Below, one piece after another: positions 1 through 12,542 of a stretch of DNA of 63,431 bases. Within the stretch, counting starts at the first letter, position 1. Every line of letters begins with the position of its first letter. Position numbers and translations under genes: made by a program. The stretch is from Moniliella sp. 'wahieum'. Its lineage: Eukaryota. The stretch is from positions 620,001 through 683,431 of the forward strand of contig RSEE01000031.1 in assembly GCA_003971905.1 (NCBI GenBank), read 5' to 3'. The notes below the pieces were generated by a model, which was not told the origin of the DNA, made no database searches, and saw only the letters and a list, made by a program, of their open reading frames with translations.

Positions 1-3000
1 GCCGATGCCGACTCGACGCTGAATGCCAACCCCACCGCCCATCCCATCGCCAATCCTCTTGTTGGGCATGGTGGTGCCGATACTGGCGCCAATCCTGGTC
101 CCGACCCTGGTCCCGATGGCGGTCCCGAGGCGGTGCGGAGACGGATGCTGGTGCTGCGCCTGCTGCCCCCTCCTCGTCGTCCGCTCCTGCCGCTGCGGTC
201 CTAGGCATCGGCCGCCGCTTGGCTGCCCACCCTGTCCGCCACGCTTCCAACTTGTCCACCGCATCCAGCCTCTCCACCACAAGTCCCCGCCTCTCCCACG
301 CCGCCTCCACTGCGTCGATGATTCTCCCTCTTCCCCCTGTCCTGCCTCCGCCACGCCCGTCGCGTTGGCCCCTGCCCCTCCGTCGACTGCGGCTGCGCCC
401 GCGGCACTGGCCGCCCCTGCGGCTCCCCCCGCCACGCCAGGCGCGCCGATCCCCCTTGCTCGTACCACCTCCCATGCTCGCCGTCCCACACTCGATCGTC
501 CCCGCGCTGCTCAAATCGTACCCGGGCGCCGCAGCCCTTCGGTCCACGCCGGCATGGCCGCCAATCCTCCTCTGCTGGCCTCGCTGCACCTTGGACCGAT
601 GCCGGACTGGGACCAGACCAGTCGTTGTCTTGCGCCCCTCGCCCACGCTGCGCACCCGTGATCTACCCCACTGGGTACTGCCCTTTCGCCCTCCCTTCCT
701 CCGCAAAGAATCGCATCAAGCACGCGGCTCATGGCCAGCCATCGTCGGGGGACTATGCCAGCTCGGTGGTTGGCTCGCCCAGCCAAAACTTTGCGCCAAG
801 CACGTCTATTCCTCGCTTTTGGGGCATGCCCCATCCTCTCACACTCCCCCTCTGTCTCTGTTGGTGGCCCCGACGGCGTGGATCCGGACTTTATTGCTGC
901 TGTATCGGGTCTGACCCCTGCTACAGGGCGGCGCCCACCTCGGTTGCTGATAATGTGTCCCCATGGTGCCTTCTGCCCTGCCCAGTGCCATGCCTTCCAC
1001 TGCTTCCTCCGGTCCGGCGTCCTACCAATCGGCCATTATGGGCTCAGCACAGGCTCCCCCCTTGTCGGCTGGGTCTGGGTCAGGGTCCGCTTCGGGGTCT
1101 TGGTCAGGGTCCCATGACGAGCCACTTCCCACCGCTTTGTTATCCCCTGCCCATGTGGCACCTTCGAGCATGCCTTCTTCTTCCGGTCCTTCCTTCAACC
1201 ATCCACATTACCCCCTTCACTCGGCTGTTCCCATGCCACGTCCTCGCCCTCCCTCTCCTTTCGACATGCCCACTCTCACGTGCACTCGGCCTCCCACCTG
1301 GGATCGAATCCATCGTCAGCGGCGGGCTCCCTGCCCACTTGGGACTCGGGCTGTCGATCATTTCTCCATTTGCGTCCGTCCACTCACCGACGCTCGGAAA
1401 GGCACCCCTTCCTGACTTGGAGCGATCGCCGGATCGGAGGGGCGAGGCAAGGGATGAACCCGAGTCGGCGCCGACAAGTGAGATGCGCTTGCAGAAAGTT
1501 CCCGCCCATGTGCACCGAGCGGGGGATCTGTTCAACCCTTCGCCATTGCCAGCAGCCCGGCTGCCCTCGACCATGGCTGGTTCTTCGGGGATCGGCACCC
1601 CGACCCACGAGCGGCAGAGGATGTACCCGGCAGACGTCCAGGTCGAGCACACGTTCCCGTTCCTCTTCATCGGCGTACCATCATTCACGGCATCCCCCGC
1701 CACCCACTCCCAGGGGATCTCGCAATCCCTCTCCGGAGCGGGAGGGTGGGGCGCCTCGCCGCCTGTGGAAAACGATATTCTTTTGGCATTGACGGGCTCG
1801 GCAAGGAGCCCTGCTTCATCCCCTGCGTCATGGGGGCGAACGACTCCGGATCCACCCCCGCGGCCAAGCGGATTACCGGGTAGCCCTTCTCGCTCTCATC
1901 TTGCAGAACCGATGAACCTTCCTGGACTCCGTTCTGGCCAGAAAGCCTCAGGTCTGAGTCTCAGCCGGAACAGCTCCTCGCCTTCGCCTTCTTCCCTCCC
2001 CGCAGCAAAGACTTGGGACGATGGCACGATCCGCGCCTCGATGCCCCGCAACCGGTCCTCCACCGGGCCCAAGGACTCTACTCCACCCCAATCCCTTTCT
2101 CCCCCAGCCAACTTGAACGTGCTGCTCCCACCAAGCAGCGTCCCCAACCAGGACAGCGCAGCCGTGGCCATCGGTCGAGCGGACAATGTATTGGACACGC
2201 AGGCTTCTCTTACCGCCCTCATCCACCCCACCAACCATCACCCCGAGTCCAGCTCCTCCACCCATGTTGGCGGCTTCGACTGTGGCCCGTACAAAGACCC
2301 CGAGTCCCCCCACACATCGACCACCTTGGCAATTGCCTTGGGAGTCACAGGGGCCAACCCGCTGCTCGGCTGACCTCCGGACCTAGCTCGCCGAGCAAAC
2401 CCTCGGGGGCGCTACCTGTGCCCCGCGCCTCACCCACCCACCCGCAACCATCCTCTCGTCAAGCTAAAGGGGGCATCACTTCGTCTCATATGAGTCGCTG
2501 ACTCGGCCCGTTGGGCTCTCCATTTCCCGCGGGACATCACCAGTCCCAAAATGGTCCGACAGCCAGTTTGACCCTCTTCATCTCGCCTTCGCATCGCGGT
2601 GGTTCGCCCATACGGAGGTGGATCATACCGGTGCGTTTTTGTCCACCCCAGCCAACTCGCCTCAGGCGTCGGACGAGGAGCAGGAAGATCAGCAGGGTAC
2701 GATGCGGGAGCAGGCGCGAGAGCGGGAGCAGAGGAGGAGCAGGAAGATGCAACTATGTCCGCCCCTCATCGCGGTCGTCTGCAACGATCCCCGCCTCGTT
2801 CCATTCGCCCGTTATGTCGACGGTGGGAATGATGGGTTTCACCTGCTTTGGGCGTCCCCCCCCGCGGACGGGAAACCGGAACTACGACATCGAGTAGCCG
2901 AGGGACCAGCCCGACGGGTACATTCAAGCGCTTGCGCCACCGTCAGTCGACCGCAGCTTTGGGCCACTCTTCTCCCTTCCCACCTCGCCCACCCAGGGCC

Positions 3001-6000
3001 GACTCACCCAACCTGTTCAACGATCGATCCATCCAGCTGCTTCGCTATCCTCCCTGACAAGTACTGGGCAGAAGATGGAGATCCATCTGCATCCGTGCCG
3101 GAAATCCCACGTGCCCGGCCTTGGCGACGCTTGCAGCTCTTCCAGTACAGGTGCCCGACCGCCTGCTCTGCCAGCCCCTTCTTCTGCCTCCTCTGGTACC
3201 GATAAGTTTGGCCGTGCCCTTCAGCGGCGATGGACGGACGACGGGGAGCACTCGCCGCACACCGCCATCGGCCCGTCGCCCTGGATCGAGTCGTCGGTCC
3301 ATGCGCGGGAGCTCCCGTTGCTGGAAAGACAACCGTCGGAACAGGCGGACAGTTTTGCCCATGTCATTCTCCGTTCTCGTGCGTCCAAGGTGCGGCAATG
3401 GAAGATTCCCCATGAGCCCATAGGGTGCGCAGTCTCTCAACGTCGGGGCCCAGCTCCTTATCCAGCAAGCATGGGACACGACCGCAGAACAGGTCTGTGC
3501 CGCGCCTGCGCTCTTCCGAATCGCACTTCCAGGGCACTGGGGCGGGAGGAACGGGCAACCCTTCGGCGGCCGTTCATTCCTCGGGGACTACTACGCCAGC
3601 AGCATTACAGGATGACATTGCTTGGGTGGATTGGATGGACGAGTACGAGGGCTTCAAGCGCTCCCGGATGCTAATTCAGCAACGTAAACGGACCTCCTCA
3701 GGGCATGACACAGAGGGGATTCAAGATTCCCATCCCCCTGTTCCTTCCTCGGGGGCACAAGGCGTTGGGCTTGGGGCGCGCAGGCCATCAGCTCTCGCCA
3801 TGCCTCCCCCGGGGGGGTTCCAAGTCGCTGGGCAGACCGACCAACAGGGGTTCTTAGCCCCCTCCCTGCCCACACCCGAACAACAGCGACGGGCCGTGTC
3901 CATGCCAGGTGCACTTTCCTCTGCCCCGCCCCCGTCCGCGCCCATCTCTGCTTCGGCGACCACTCCCCATGGTCTCACCGGGCGCGTCACGCCGGATATG
4001 GGGGCCAAGTCGCGCAGCATCAAGGGCCAAGTCGAGGCATGGTGGTCTGCTGTCAAGTCCGGCTTAATGGTCCTCACCCTTCCTCGGACCGGCAGACACC
4101 TCGACCGGGTGGACTGGCCTCGTCTCCATCTGCCATGCTAGGCGGTGCCCCTGGCAGGACCTCGACGAGCAGTGACCGTGCAGCCCACCCATCGCCTGCG
4201 CTCGACCTGAAGGAAAACCACTGACGGGAGTGGCATACTACTCGGCTCGTGGCTCACCCCGCCCACTCCAGAATACCACCGCGTCGAGTCGTCTGTCGTA
4301 CTCGACGGACGTGGCGCCTTCGGATGTGGACTCGGATGTGGACAACAAAGCCTCCTCGCACGGGTCGAAGCCAGCGTCCGTGCAGCCTTCGACTTCGGCG
4401 CGCAACTCCTTTGCCACGGTCGCGTCATCCCACTGTCTGTCCGACCCATTTGCTACTCCTCATCGGTCGGTGGCCTCGCGCGTCTATGGGGCCAGTCCAG
4501 CCTCGAAGCAGAGCCCCTCCGATACCCTGGCGGCCCTTCCGGTTCGGACTCGGCCAAGTCGCCCTCGACTTCCCCTGTGGTGCGGAAGCTTGGCTTTAAC
4601 CCCCGTCCCAGCCCGACCTTGTCGGGTTCGACCCCTGCCTCTCCCGGGTCCGTGGGAGCAGCGTCCCAGCGCGTACTTTCCGGTTCTGCGCCCGATCCCG
4701 CGGGGCAAGATGGGGACGACTTTACCATCACTGTTATGTGGCAGACGATCCGTCATCGCTTGCAGTCCTCCAAGCGGGCTTGCGATGCAGGCTTGCGCCG
4801 TGTGGTGGCCGATGTAAATGCGTTTGTGGAGGAACGACTCCACCCGCCCCCTCCGGAGGCGGACGACGAGGATGAGGGTGACGCAGATGACCGCGTGTCT
4901 GAATTTTCTTCTCCGGACGAAGATGAAGTGATGCGTGTCCCCCCCAACTCTGCCCTCTTTGCTCCGCCTGGGACAGAGGCCATGTTTCAGGCTGATGTGC
5001 AGAGACGAAGAGATGCCGAGCGGGGAATCACAGAAGGAGAACCGCAAGCCGATCCAGATGAGACCGCCCATGGTACGTCCCATTCTTCCGTTTGGAACGC
5101 GCTGACACCCTGCTGACCCTTTGTGCTTGCCTTAGCATCTGAACCCGTCCAACTTCCCCCCAACCCTCTCCTCCTGCTGCACATTCCGAGCTGCAGCTCG
5201 CGAACCTCGAGCTTCCTTCCGAGCCCACGTTGACTGTGGAATCCACCCCTTCCAGGGCACTCCCTCTAACCTCCACATCCCCGCTCCGTTGATCCGGCCC
5301 CGATCCGCTGCCCGGTCTGGTACGTTGCTTCCCTTGGGAGTCTTGCGTTGTCCTGCCACTAACACTCCTGTTTCAGTGTCTGAGCCGAACCAAGAAGCTC
5401 ATACATCCCCAGAAGCTCAGAAGGCCGAACCTCGTGTTCTTCCTGTGGATATTGCTTCACCGTCTGACATTGAGACGAAGGGAACGAGTGTTGCAGAAGG
5501 ACCAAACCACCTGTCCACGCCCCCTCCCGCCCAATCGATCCGGCACGTTGGTCCCCTCGGAGCAGGGGCCCATCAGCAACTTATCGTCGAACCCCAGTAG
5601 CCACAGTGGCGGACCCCGGGTGATCTGACGCCCTCTCGGCTGCCGGCAAGGGCAGTGTACCGCCCGCGTCTACCTTGGGCCCGACCGCAGTTCCCTGGCT
5701 CGGGCGGCGTGTCGAGCACCACATCGCGATCCACATCCCGTTCCCACTCCCCTACCCGGCTCGCCAGCGCAGCCTATGGCCCTCGCCGCACCTCCCCAGC
5801 GCGGAGAGTGCGGTCGGAAGAGCCATCGGCCGATTTGCCCTATGTGCCCGTGTTGCAACAACTCGTCGTCTTGGCTGTGAGATGATCGATACGCGCTCAC
5901 GACCTTGACCCAGCGAGCGGGGATGTGCTCCGAGATTATTTCCAAGCTGCAAACGCTGGGACAGACATGGGATGTGCACCCGGATTGGCCTGGGCGCAGG

Positions 6001-9000
6001 TGGTATGTGGACATTTTGTTGCACATTGCCTCCCTCAGCCGGGTGACCGAGTGGTGGGCGGCCGAGAAGGCGGATTGGCAGGGAATGGGGCTGGAAGATG
6101 AAGATCCGGATCAGGACAAGGATGCTCACCCGTTCGCTTTTTCCTCCGTCCGCGTAAAGACCAGCGCGACAGCTCCAAGAGCGGCTCTGGCGTCGATTCC
6201 GGCGACGCCAAGTCCACCCCTGGCGTACGAGGGCAACGGTCACAAGAACTCCAAAAAGGTGCGCGCCATCATGGGTCGCCAGCAGCCGGGGCGAGGAAGG
6301 TTCGCCACTGGCTCCTCCGCTGAACCAGGCAAAAATCGAGCGCAACGTCGCACGCGCGGATCGAGCAAATCGTACCGCGTGGCTAGTGGCGAAAGCCGTA
6401 CGGCCGGCCAAGGCAAAGATGCCAAGGAGACCAAGGAGCCAAGGCGCCCATTGACGCCAACGTCTTGATGGAGCTTGGTTTGGATGGAGATGAGATCCTG
6501 TATCTTAATCCGGCTTGGAGCAGTATTGTCGGTACGGATGCCGCTCAACACGTTCAAACTCCGTCTCGCCCCTCCTGGCTGAGGCAGATGAGGATGTGTT
6601 CCGTACTGCGACCAAAGAGTTGCTCGCGCATCCAGCCACACGATCGAGATTATGTTCCGTCTTCGTCTTCCCCAGGTGGCCCCTGTGTTGGACGAGGAGG
6701 GCAATGTCGTGCAAGAGGTGGCGCTCTTCCAGCGCATGGAGGGCAAGGGCATGCTCATGCACGACCGTGCCACCGGTGAAAAGACGCATACGATGTGGGT
6801 CTTCAAGCCTACGTCCCCGCCAGAGCCTGAAGAGGCGTTGGTTATGCGTCCCCAGGCGGGTGGCGTGCCCATCGATCAGCATCTTATCGCTACGCTCCAC
6901 ATGTCTCCCATCATGTGCCGCATCTGCGAACGCTTTGTGCCTGCGTTTTTCTTTGAGAAGCACAGCGAAATCTGCAACGAGATTCACCGTCTTGAGATGG
7001 AAATTGGGGAACGCAACGAGCTGCTTCAGGAGCTGCGGCGCAACACGCAGAGCATCATCACGGCCATTGACAACCCATCGGAGGGTCATGAGCTGCCAGA
7101 GTACCATGGTGTCAAGGTTAACACGCCGCCCCCTTCCCTGCAACCGCCATCGGCGCTGGAGGGATTGAATCGGTCCTTATCTTTGCGCCAGACCCAGCCC
7201 GCTCTGGTCCGCAAGGCTCACGCTCGTGCGTTGGACGGCACGTTGCATGCCCTAATTACCGCCGCAGCGATCTCCACGCCGGCAGTTAAGGATGAGCAGG
7301 AGGACATGCCCATTGAAGAACAGCAACTTCTCTCGCCGGCCTCGGAGGAAAAGGCATTTGAAGTCTCGACGTGGGTGAAGCCACAGGTGGATGACATTGC
7401 CTTGGACGCGCTCATGATCGATAGCGAAGCGGCCATTCGGCCAAGCTCAACGGGGTAAACCGAATGATCAACACCATTGTCTACTGTGAAACCGTCCGAA
7501 AGGAATGGGAAGGCCGTGCAGAAAGTCTGCTGAGACGATGACGGATGTTGCTACCAATGCGGGAGGGGAAGAGGATGACCGCCAGCCCCAAAGCGGCACC
7601 AGCTCCTTTCGCTCCGGCCCCGGAACAGGCGTCCCGGGATTCATTCAGCACCGTCGGCCGTGGCTCAATGGGCAACATGGACGATATCCTCAGCCGGACA
7701 GGCGGGTTGTTGCTTGAGGATCGTGCTGACACCAACGAAGGCATCGACGCAGCTTCGCCCGCTTCGGCAGTCCCCAGTACCACGCCTCATGCCGATCAGG
7801 AGGTTCCGCCAATGGAGGAAGGCATGATGAGCGAGTCAATCAGTAATTTGGCAGCTATCCCCATCCCGTCCAACTCACACAACAACTCGTCTCGCCCCGA
7901 ATCGACCGAGTCAGGTACTCCCACCATGCCTACCTCAGCCCCGCTCATGCCCTGGGCACCCGCGGCTCTTTTGCCATGGACCATAGTCCGAGTCGTGGGG
8001 ATGCCTTCTCGGCTTCCTTCTCGCCCCAGTCGTTGGCCCGATGGGCAGGGATGGCTGGGACCTCGGACGCTCAGCATGTCGCACTCGAGTGGGAACTTTG
8101 GTCGCCCTTCCTTCGTGGCCAGTTCGATTCCCATGTCACCACGCCTGCCATCCATTGCGCCTGCTTCTCGTCCAACGTCAACGACGATCAAAGACTTCAA
8201 GTTGATCAAGCCGATCAGCAAGGGTGCGTTCGGCGCGGTTTACTTGGTCAAAAGCGCACGACGGGCGATTACTTTGCCATGAAGGTGCTCAAAAAGTCGG
8301 ACATGATTGCCAAGAACCAAGTGCCCAACGTCAAGGCGAGCGACAGATTCTCATGACCCAGACGCAGTCGCCATTTGTTGTCAAACTTTTCTTCACTTCA
8401 ACGACTCGGACAACCTCTATTTGGTTATGGAGTATCTTCCTGGTGGAGACTTGGCATCCCTCGTCAAGACCCTCGGTCCTCTCGGAATCGTGGACGACGC
8501 AATACGTGGCGGAGATTGTTAACGGGATCGATTCATTGCACCAACGTGGTATCGTTCATCGGTACGTCATTCCATGTTCAGCGTGTGCACAGCTGACACC
8601 CTTTTCTTGCAGTGACCTCAAACCTGACAATGTCTTGATCGACATGAAAGGCCATCTCAAGTTGACCGATTTTGGTCTTTCTAAGATTGGTCTGCTTGGC
8701 CGTCAGCAGGATCAGCGCAGTGTCACGGTAATGGGGAGCGGCTTGCGCAAAGAGTCGTGGCCCATCAGCGCTAGTGACAGCGTATCCAGCTCGCCGGACC
8801 AAGGCAAAGGGTCTGGCTTCTCCCAGCTTGCTGTTCACAGTCCAAGCCAATTGCGTCAAGGCGTTGATGCAGGGAGTGACACCAACTCGTCCGATGGTGG
8901 TCTCTTGCAATCGACTCGGTCTCGTTCCCGTCCGATGGAGAGTCCTCAGCACCCTCTTCGACGTCTCCAAGTGGTGGGCAAGGACTCGGACGGCACCCCA

Positions 9001-10951
9001 ACACGGCCAAACACTTTGTTGGTACCCCTGACTACCTCGCGCCTGAGAGCATTCGGGTTCGGGATGGACGATATGGCCGTTGATTGGTGGGCGCTGGGTG
9101 TGATGCTTTACGAGTTCCTTTACGGCATCCCCCCGTTCCATGCACCACAAGTGGACCGGGTGTTTGATAACATTCTTAGTCGCCGCTTGCAGTGGATGCC
9201 CGAAGAAGAAGAAGAGGAACTTGGTGTGACGCCTGAGGCCAAGGACCTGATCGAGAAACTACTCACGTCGGCCACAAAAGCGTTTGGGTGCCAATGGGGC
9301 AGCTGAGGTCAAAGCCCATCCGTTCTTCAATGGCATCGACTGGGCCAATCTAACCGCCAAAGAGGGCCCTTTGTCCCTCAAGTTGACAATCCAGAATCGA
9401 CTGACTACTTTGACCTCCGTGGGGCCAGAAACCCGACTTTGAAACGGACAAGGCCGCGTGACGACTTTAGCAAAGCAATTGACGATCGCAACCAACGCAG
9501 TCGCATTCGTCAAGATGGGGAGCACGACACGAGCGTTGACCAGTTCGGCTCGTTCCGTTTCAAGAACTTGCCCGTGCTCAAGCAGGCCAACGATGAAGTT
9601 GTACGCAAGATGCGGGTGGATTCGCAGCGGTGCTACCCAATCTTCCCGCCAGTCCCATCGCCGAGACATTCAATATGCCTCCCTCTCCCACCAAGCACGC
9701 CGCTTCAGCTCAAGTCACCCCTGTCCAGCCCCGTGCGCACCTGCAAGGCCAACAGGCCCCGCTCCATCCACCCATGGTCCCTCAACAGCTTTGTGCAGCG
9801 CAACCGCAGCCTTTCGTCTCGAGCTCCCCCCAGTCATGCGGGCCGGCTGAGTTTTGCGGGGCCTGCGTCACCTTCAGGCTCAGTCTCATCCCAAGGGTCA
9901 AACCCATCGCGTTCTACCGCCCCCACCTCGCCGGCCGTGGCGGCGCACTCTGCTCATCGTCGTGTCGAGGGGTACCAGCCCAGCGCATTGTCTGCCTCAA
10001 GTGGCTCTCCGAGCAGTGGTATGGCGGGCCATCCAGCCAGCTATTCGGCTAGGAGGTTTGCCGAGTCACCCCTATTGGCACCCATTCAATTGGGGGTTCA
10101 ACCACGGAGCAGGCCCCTTTGCAGTCTCCCTTTGCCACTCTCGGCAATCACATGCGGCACATGTCCATCAGCAGCAACACGTCGGAGCGTCCGGGCCTGT
10201 CTACTCTCCATGATCCTCGACGGTCCAATAGCGATGAGCTTCATTCGCCATCCAGCAATCGGGACCCCGAACCGGTACGCCACCGTCTGAAGGAGCCTCC
10301 GCGACTGAGCACGTGAGCACGTTGGTGGTGAGGTGGCGGGGGACGACGAGCGATGGAGGAGATGCGATCCGAAGGTGACGACCACCCCGTCACGTTCACG
10401 ATCCATCTCTGATGAAGGGGAAAGTTCATCCTCATCGGGTCGGTCGAGTCCATCGACGGTGCGCTGTTTGATTGGTGAAGACAACCCCATTGCCCAGTCT
10501 ATGCTGGAGAGTGTGCTTAACAAATTGGGTGCGAGTGTGTGTGCGTGAAAGATGGCAGCGCGGTCATTACGGCTGCCATGGGCAATTTGGCGTTCGTCAT
10601 GATCTTTGTCGACCTGACGCTGCCGGTGGTGGATGGTCAAGACGCGGCACGGATGATCAAGTCGACCCGCAACATCAACTCTGACGTTCCCATGGTTGCC
10701 TTGGCCAGTGTTGAGCAAGCCGAGCCTTACTTCCCCGAGGGGATCGATCGAGAGGCAGTCTTGTCGGGTGAGTCTCGTGGGGGGTGCTCGAGCTTTCCAA
10801 CAGTGTCTTTAACGCAATCATCACCAAGCCCCTCGAGACGGCTGATGTGGTAGAGCTCATTCGCCGCCTCGGCATTCGTGCTGGCGACCCGAGCAGTTCC
10901 CCTGACCGGACGATTCAGGAGGACGACGTTCTTCGGATAGTGGCGATGTGA
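1..10951 (+). CDS. RIM15: Rim15/Cek1-like Ser/Thr kinase with PAS, zinc-finger, split kinase and C-terminal receiver domains; 5' end probably upstream of the window; multiple frameshifts
   Basis: Across frames: PAS-like 'LMELGLDGDEILYLNPAWSSIVG' (~6465); 'CRICERFVPAFFFEKHSEIC' (~6910); kinase 'IKDFKLIKPISKGAFGAVYL', 'LYLVMEYLPGGDL', 'HR|DLKPDN', 'LTDFGLS', 'VDWWALGVMLYEFLYGIPPF'; receiver 'LIGEDNPI...MIFVDLTLPVVDG...ITKPL'. Introns 5073-5135 and 8562-8612. Ends approximate. Confidence 0.88.
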
Positions 10952-11759
10952 CCACGGTTGTCACCAATCCACCCCGTCTCGTGGAAGACCCTCTCTCCAC
11001 CAGCCAATGAGCATACATACATTTGATCCTTTCCCTCTTGGGCCAACCCCCCTAACAATTGTGCATTGATTCTTTGCTCCCACCCCCCCATCCCCCCATC
11101 CCCCCACGTACCCATCGTCCCATCCTCCCGTTTACCCTACCTCTTTTTGTACATCGCATCCCGCATTGCATGACCACCCACTTCAGTTGCTCTGTCTCTC
11201 GCGCCCATTTCATCTGCTTCGGGGACCATTTTGGTTGGGGGGTGGGCTTGTGGTCACCGCGTCTCCAAAAGCCTTGGAGGTCTATCATCATGTTGACGAT
11301 GAGAGCTCATCCCGCTCCGCCTGTCTCTGGAGATCTCTCCCATCGATCAATGGCATTACGCATCTCGTTCCACCACAATACTATACTTAGACTGTTGACG
11401 ATATGCATCGGTCCTCTCTTTTACGACCCTAAAGATGGTTGGATGGCCAACACTTGCATCATGCATCATTGGCGAAAGTATTGACAGGAGAGAATAGCCG
11501 ACCACCATTCAGCCTAAAACGACGTCATGCATCATGTGTCATGCTGCCTCTCATGTGTCTGTCATACACGCAAAACACACCTTCCCAAGCCGATAAATTA
11601 TTGCATCAAACAGGTTTTACCGGCCCTGAGTACTCCCAGGCTCAGCGCTCAGGCTGAGCGCTCAATAAGCTCTCAAGATCGCAAAAGAACATCATTGATC
11701 GGGATATGGCAAATCCATATCACGAACGCTGGTCGGCAACAGCCTCAGCCGCAACTCCG

Positions 11760-12542
11760 CGACGGTTCTTATTGGTGTGGCGGGTAGAGCGACCGGCGGG
11801 AAGGCGAGGTTGAGAGGGCAAATGGGTAGGCTCCGCCCGGCGAATGGGCATGCTCCCACGGCGATGAAGCTCAGCAGATCCGCCACAGCAATTTCGTCCG
11901 CTTCAGCATCGTAGACGTATTGGTTGATCTTTGAATCGATCTTGTCCTTGATCGATGATCCGAGCTGCTTGAGCTCCTGTGCAATACTGTCGCTGGGGAT
12001 TCTGCTCCGCGGCTCCGTTTAGCACCAGCCAAGGGGGTTACCTCAGGATCGGCGTCGTGGGGGAAGAGCACTGAGAGAGTCAGGAAGCGGTTGGTCCAAT
12101 GCGGCATTGAGCGATGGCCCTGAAGGAGTGGGAGGCTTTGGGGGGACAAGTGAATGGGAAGAACGGATCCGTCAGTAAAAGAGGGGCCTTGCGTTCGATT
12201 AGGGATTCAAACATGGCGTACCTGAACCTGAGGCTGCGCCTGTGCGGCCATGGCTAGAAAGAAGATGATACCAATTAGACCCAAGAGGATTCTGGAAGAC
12301 AACCGTATAGGAGAATGGCCAGAGGAATGGTAAGAGTCCACGCTTGCACAAGCAATCTTTAGCTTCGCCAGAAGCAGCGAGCACTGATGAATGACCTCAC
12401 GAGAGAGAGCGCGCGTGACGTACTTATTGGTTTGGTTCTTCTTGCTTCCGCGCGTACGACGCGAGGGAGAGGACGCAAGACGCGGTGCGACGGAAACGGG
12501 CTCGGATGCCCCAGGAGCAGTTGCGTTGAAGGGCGAAGACAT
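11760..12542 (-). CDS. Hypothetical small spliced protein
   Basis: ATG at 12542 (MSSPFNATAPGASEP...), minus-strand TATAAA at ~12633-12638, canonical intron GTACGC...TACTGAC...TTCAG at ~12120-12220. No family recognised; 3' end uncertain. Confidence 0.35.
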
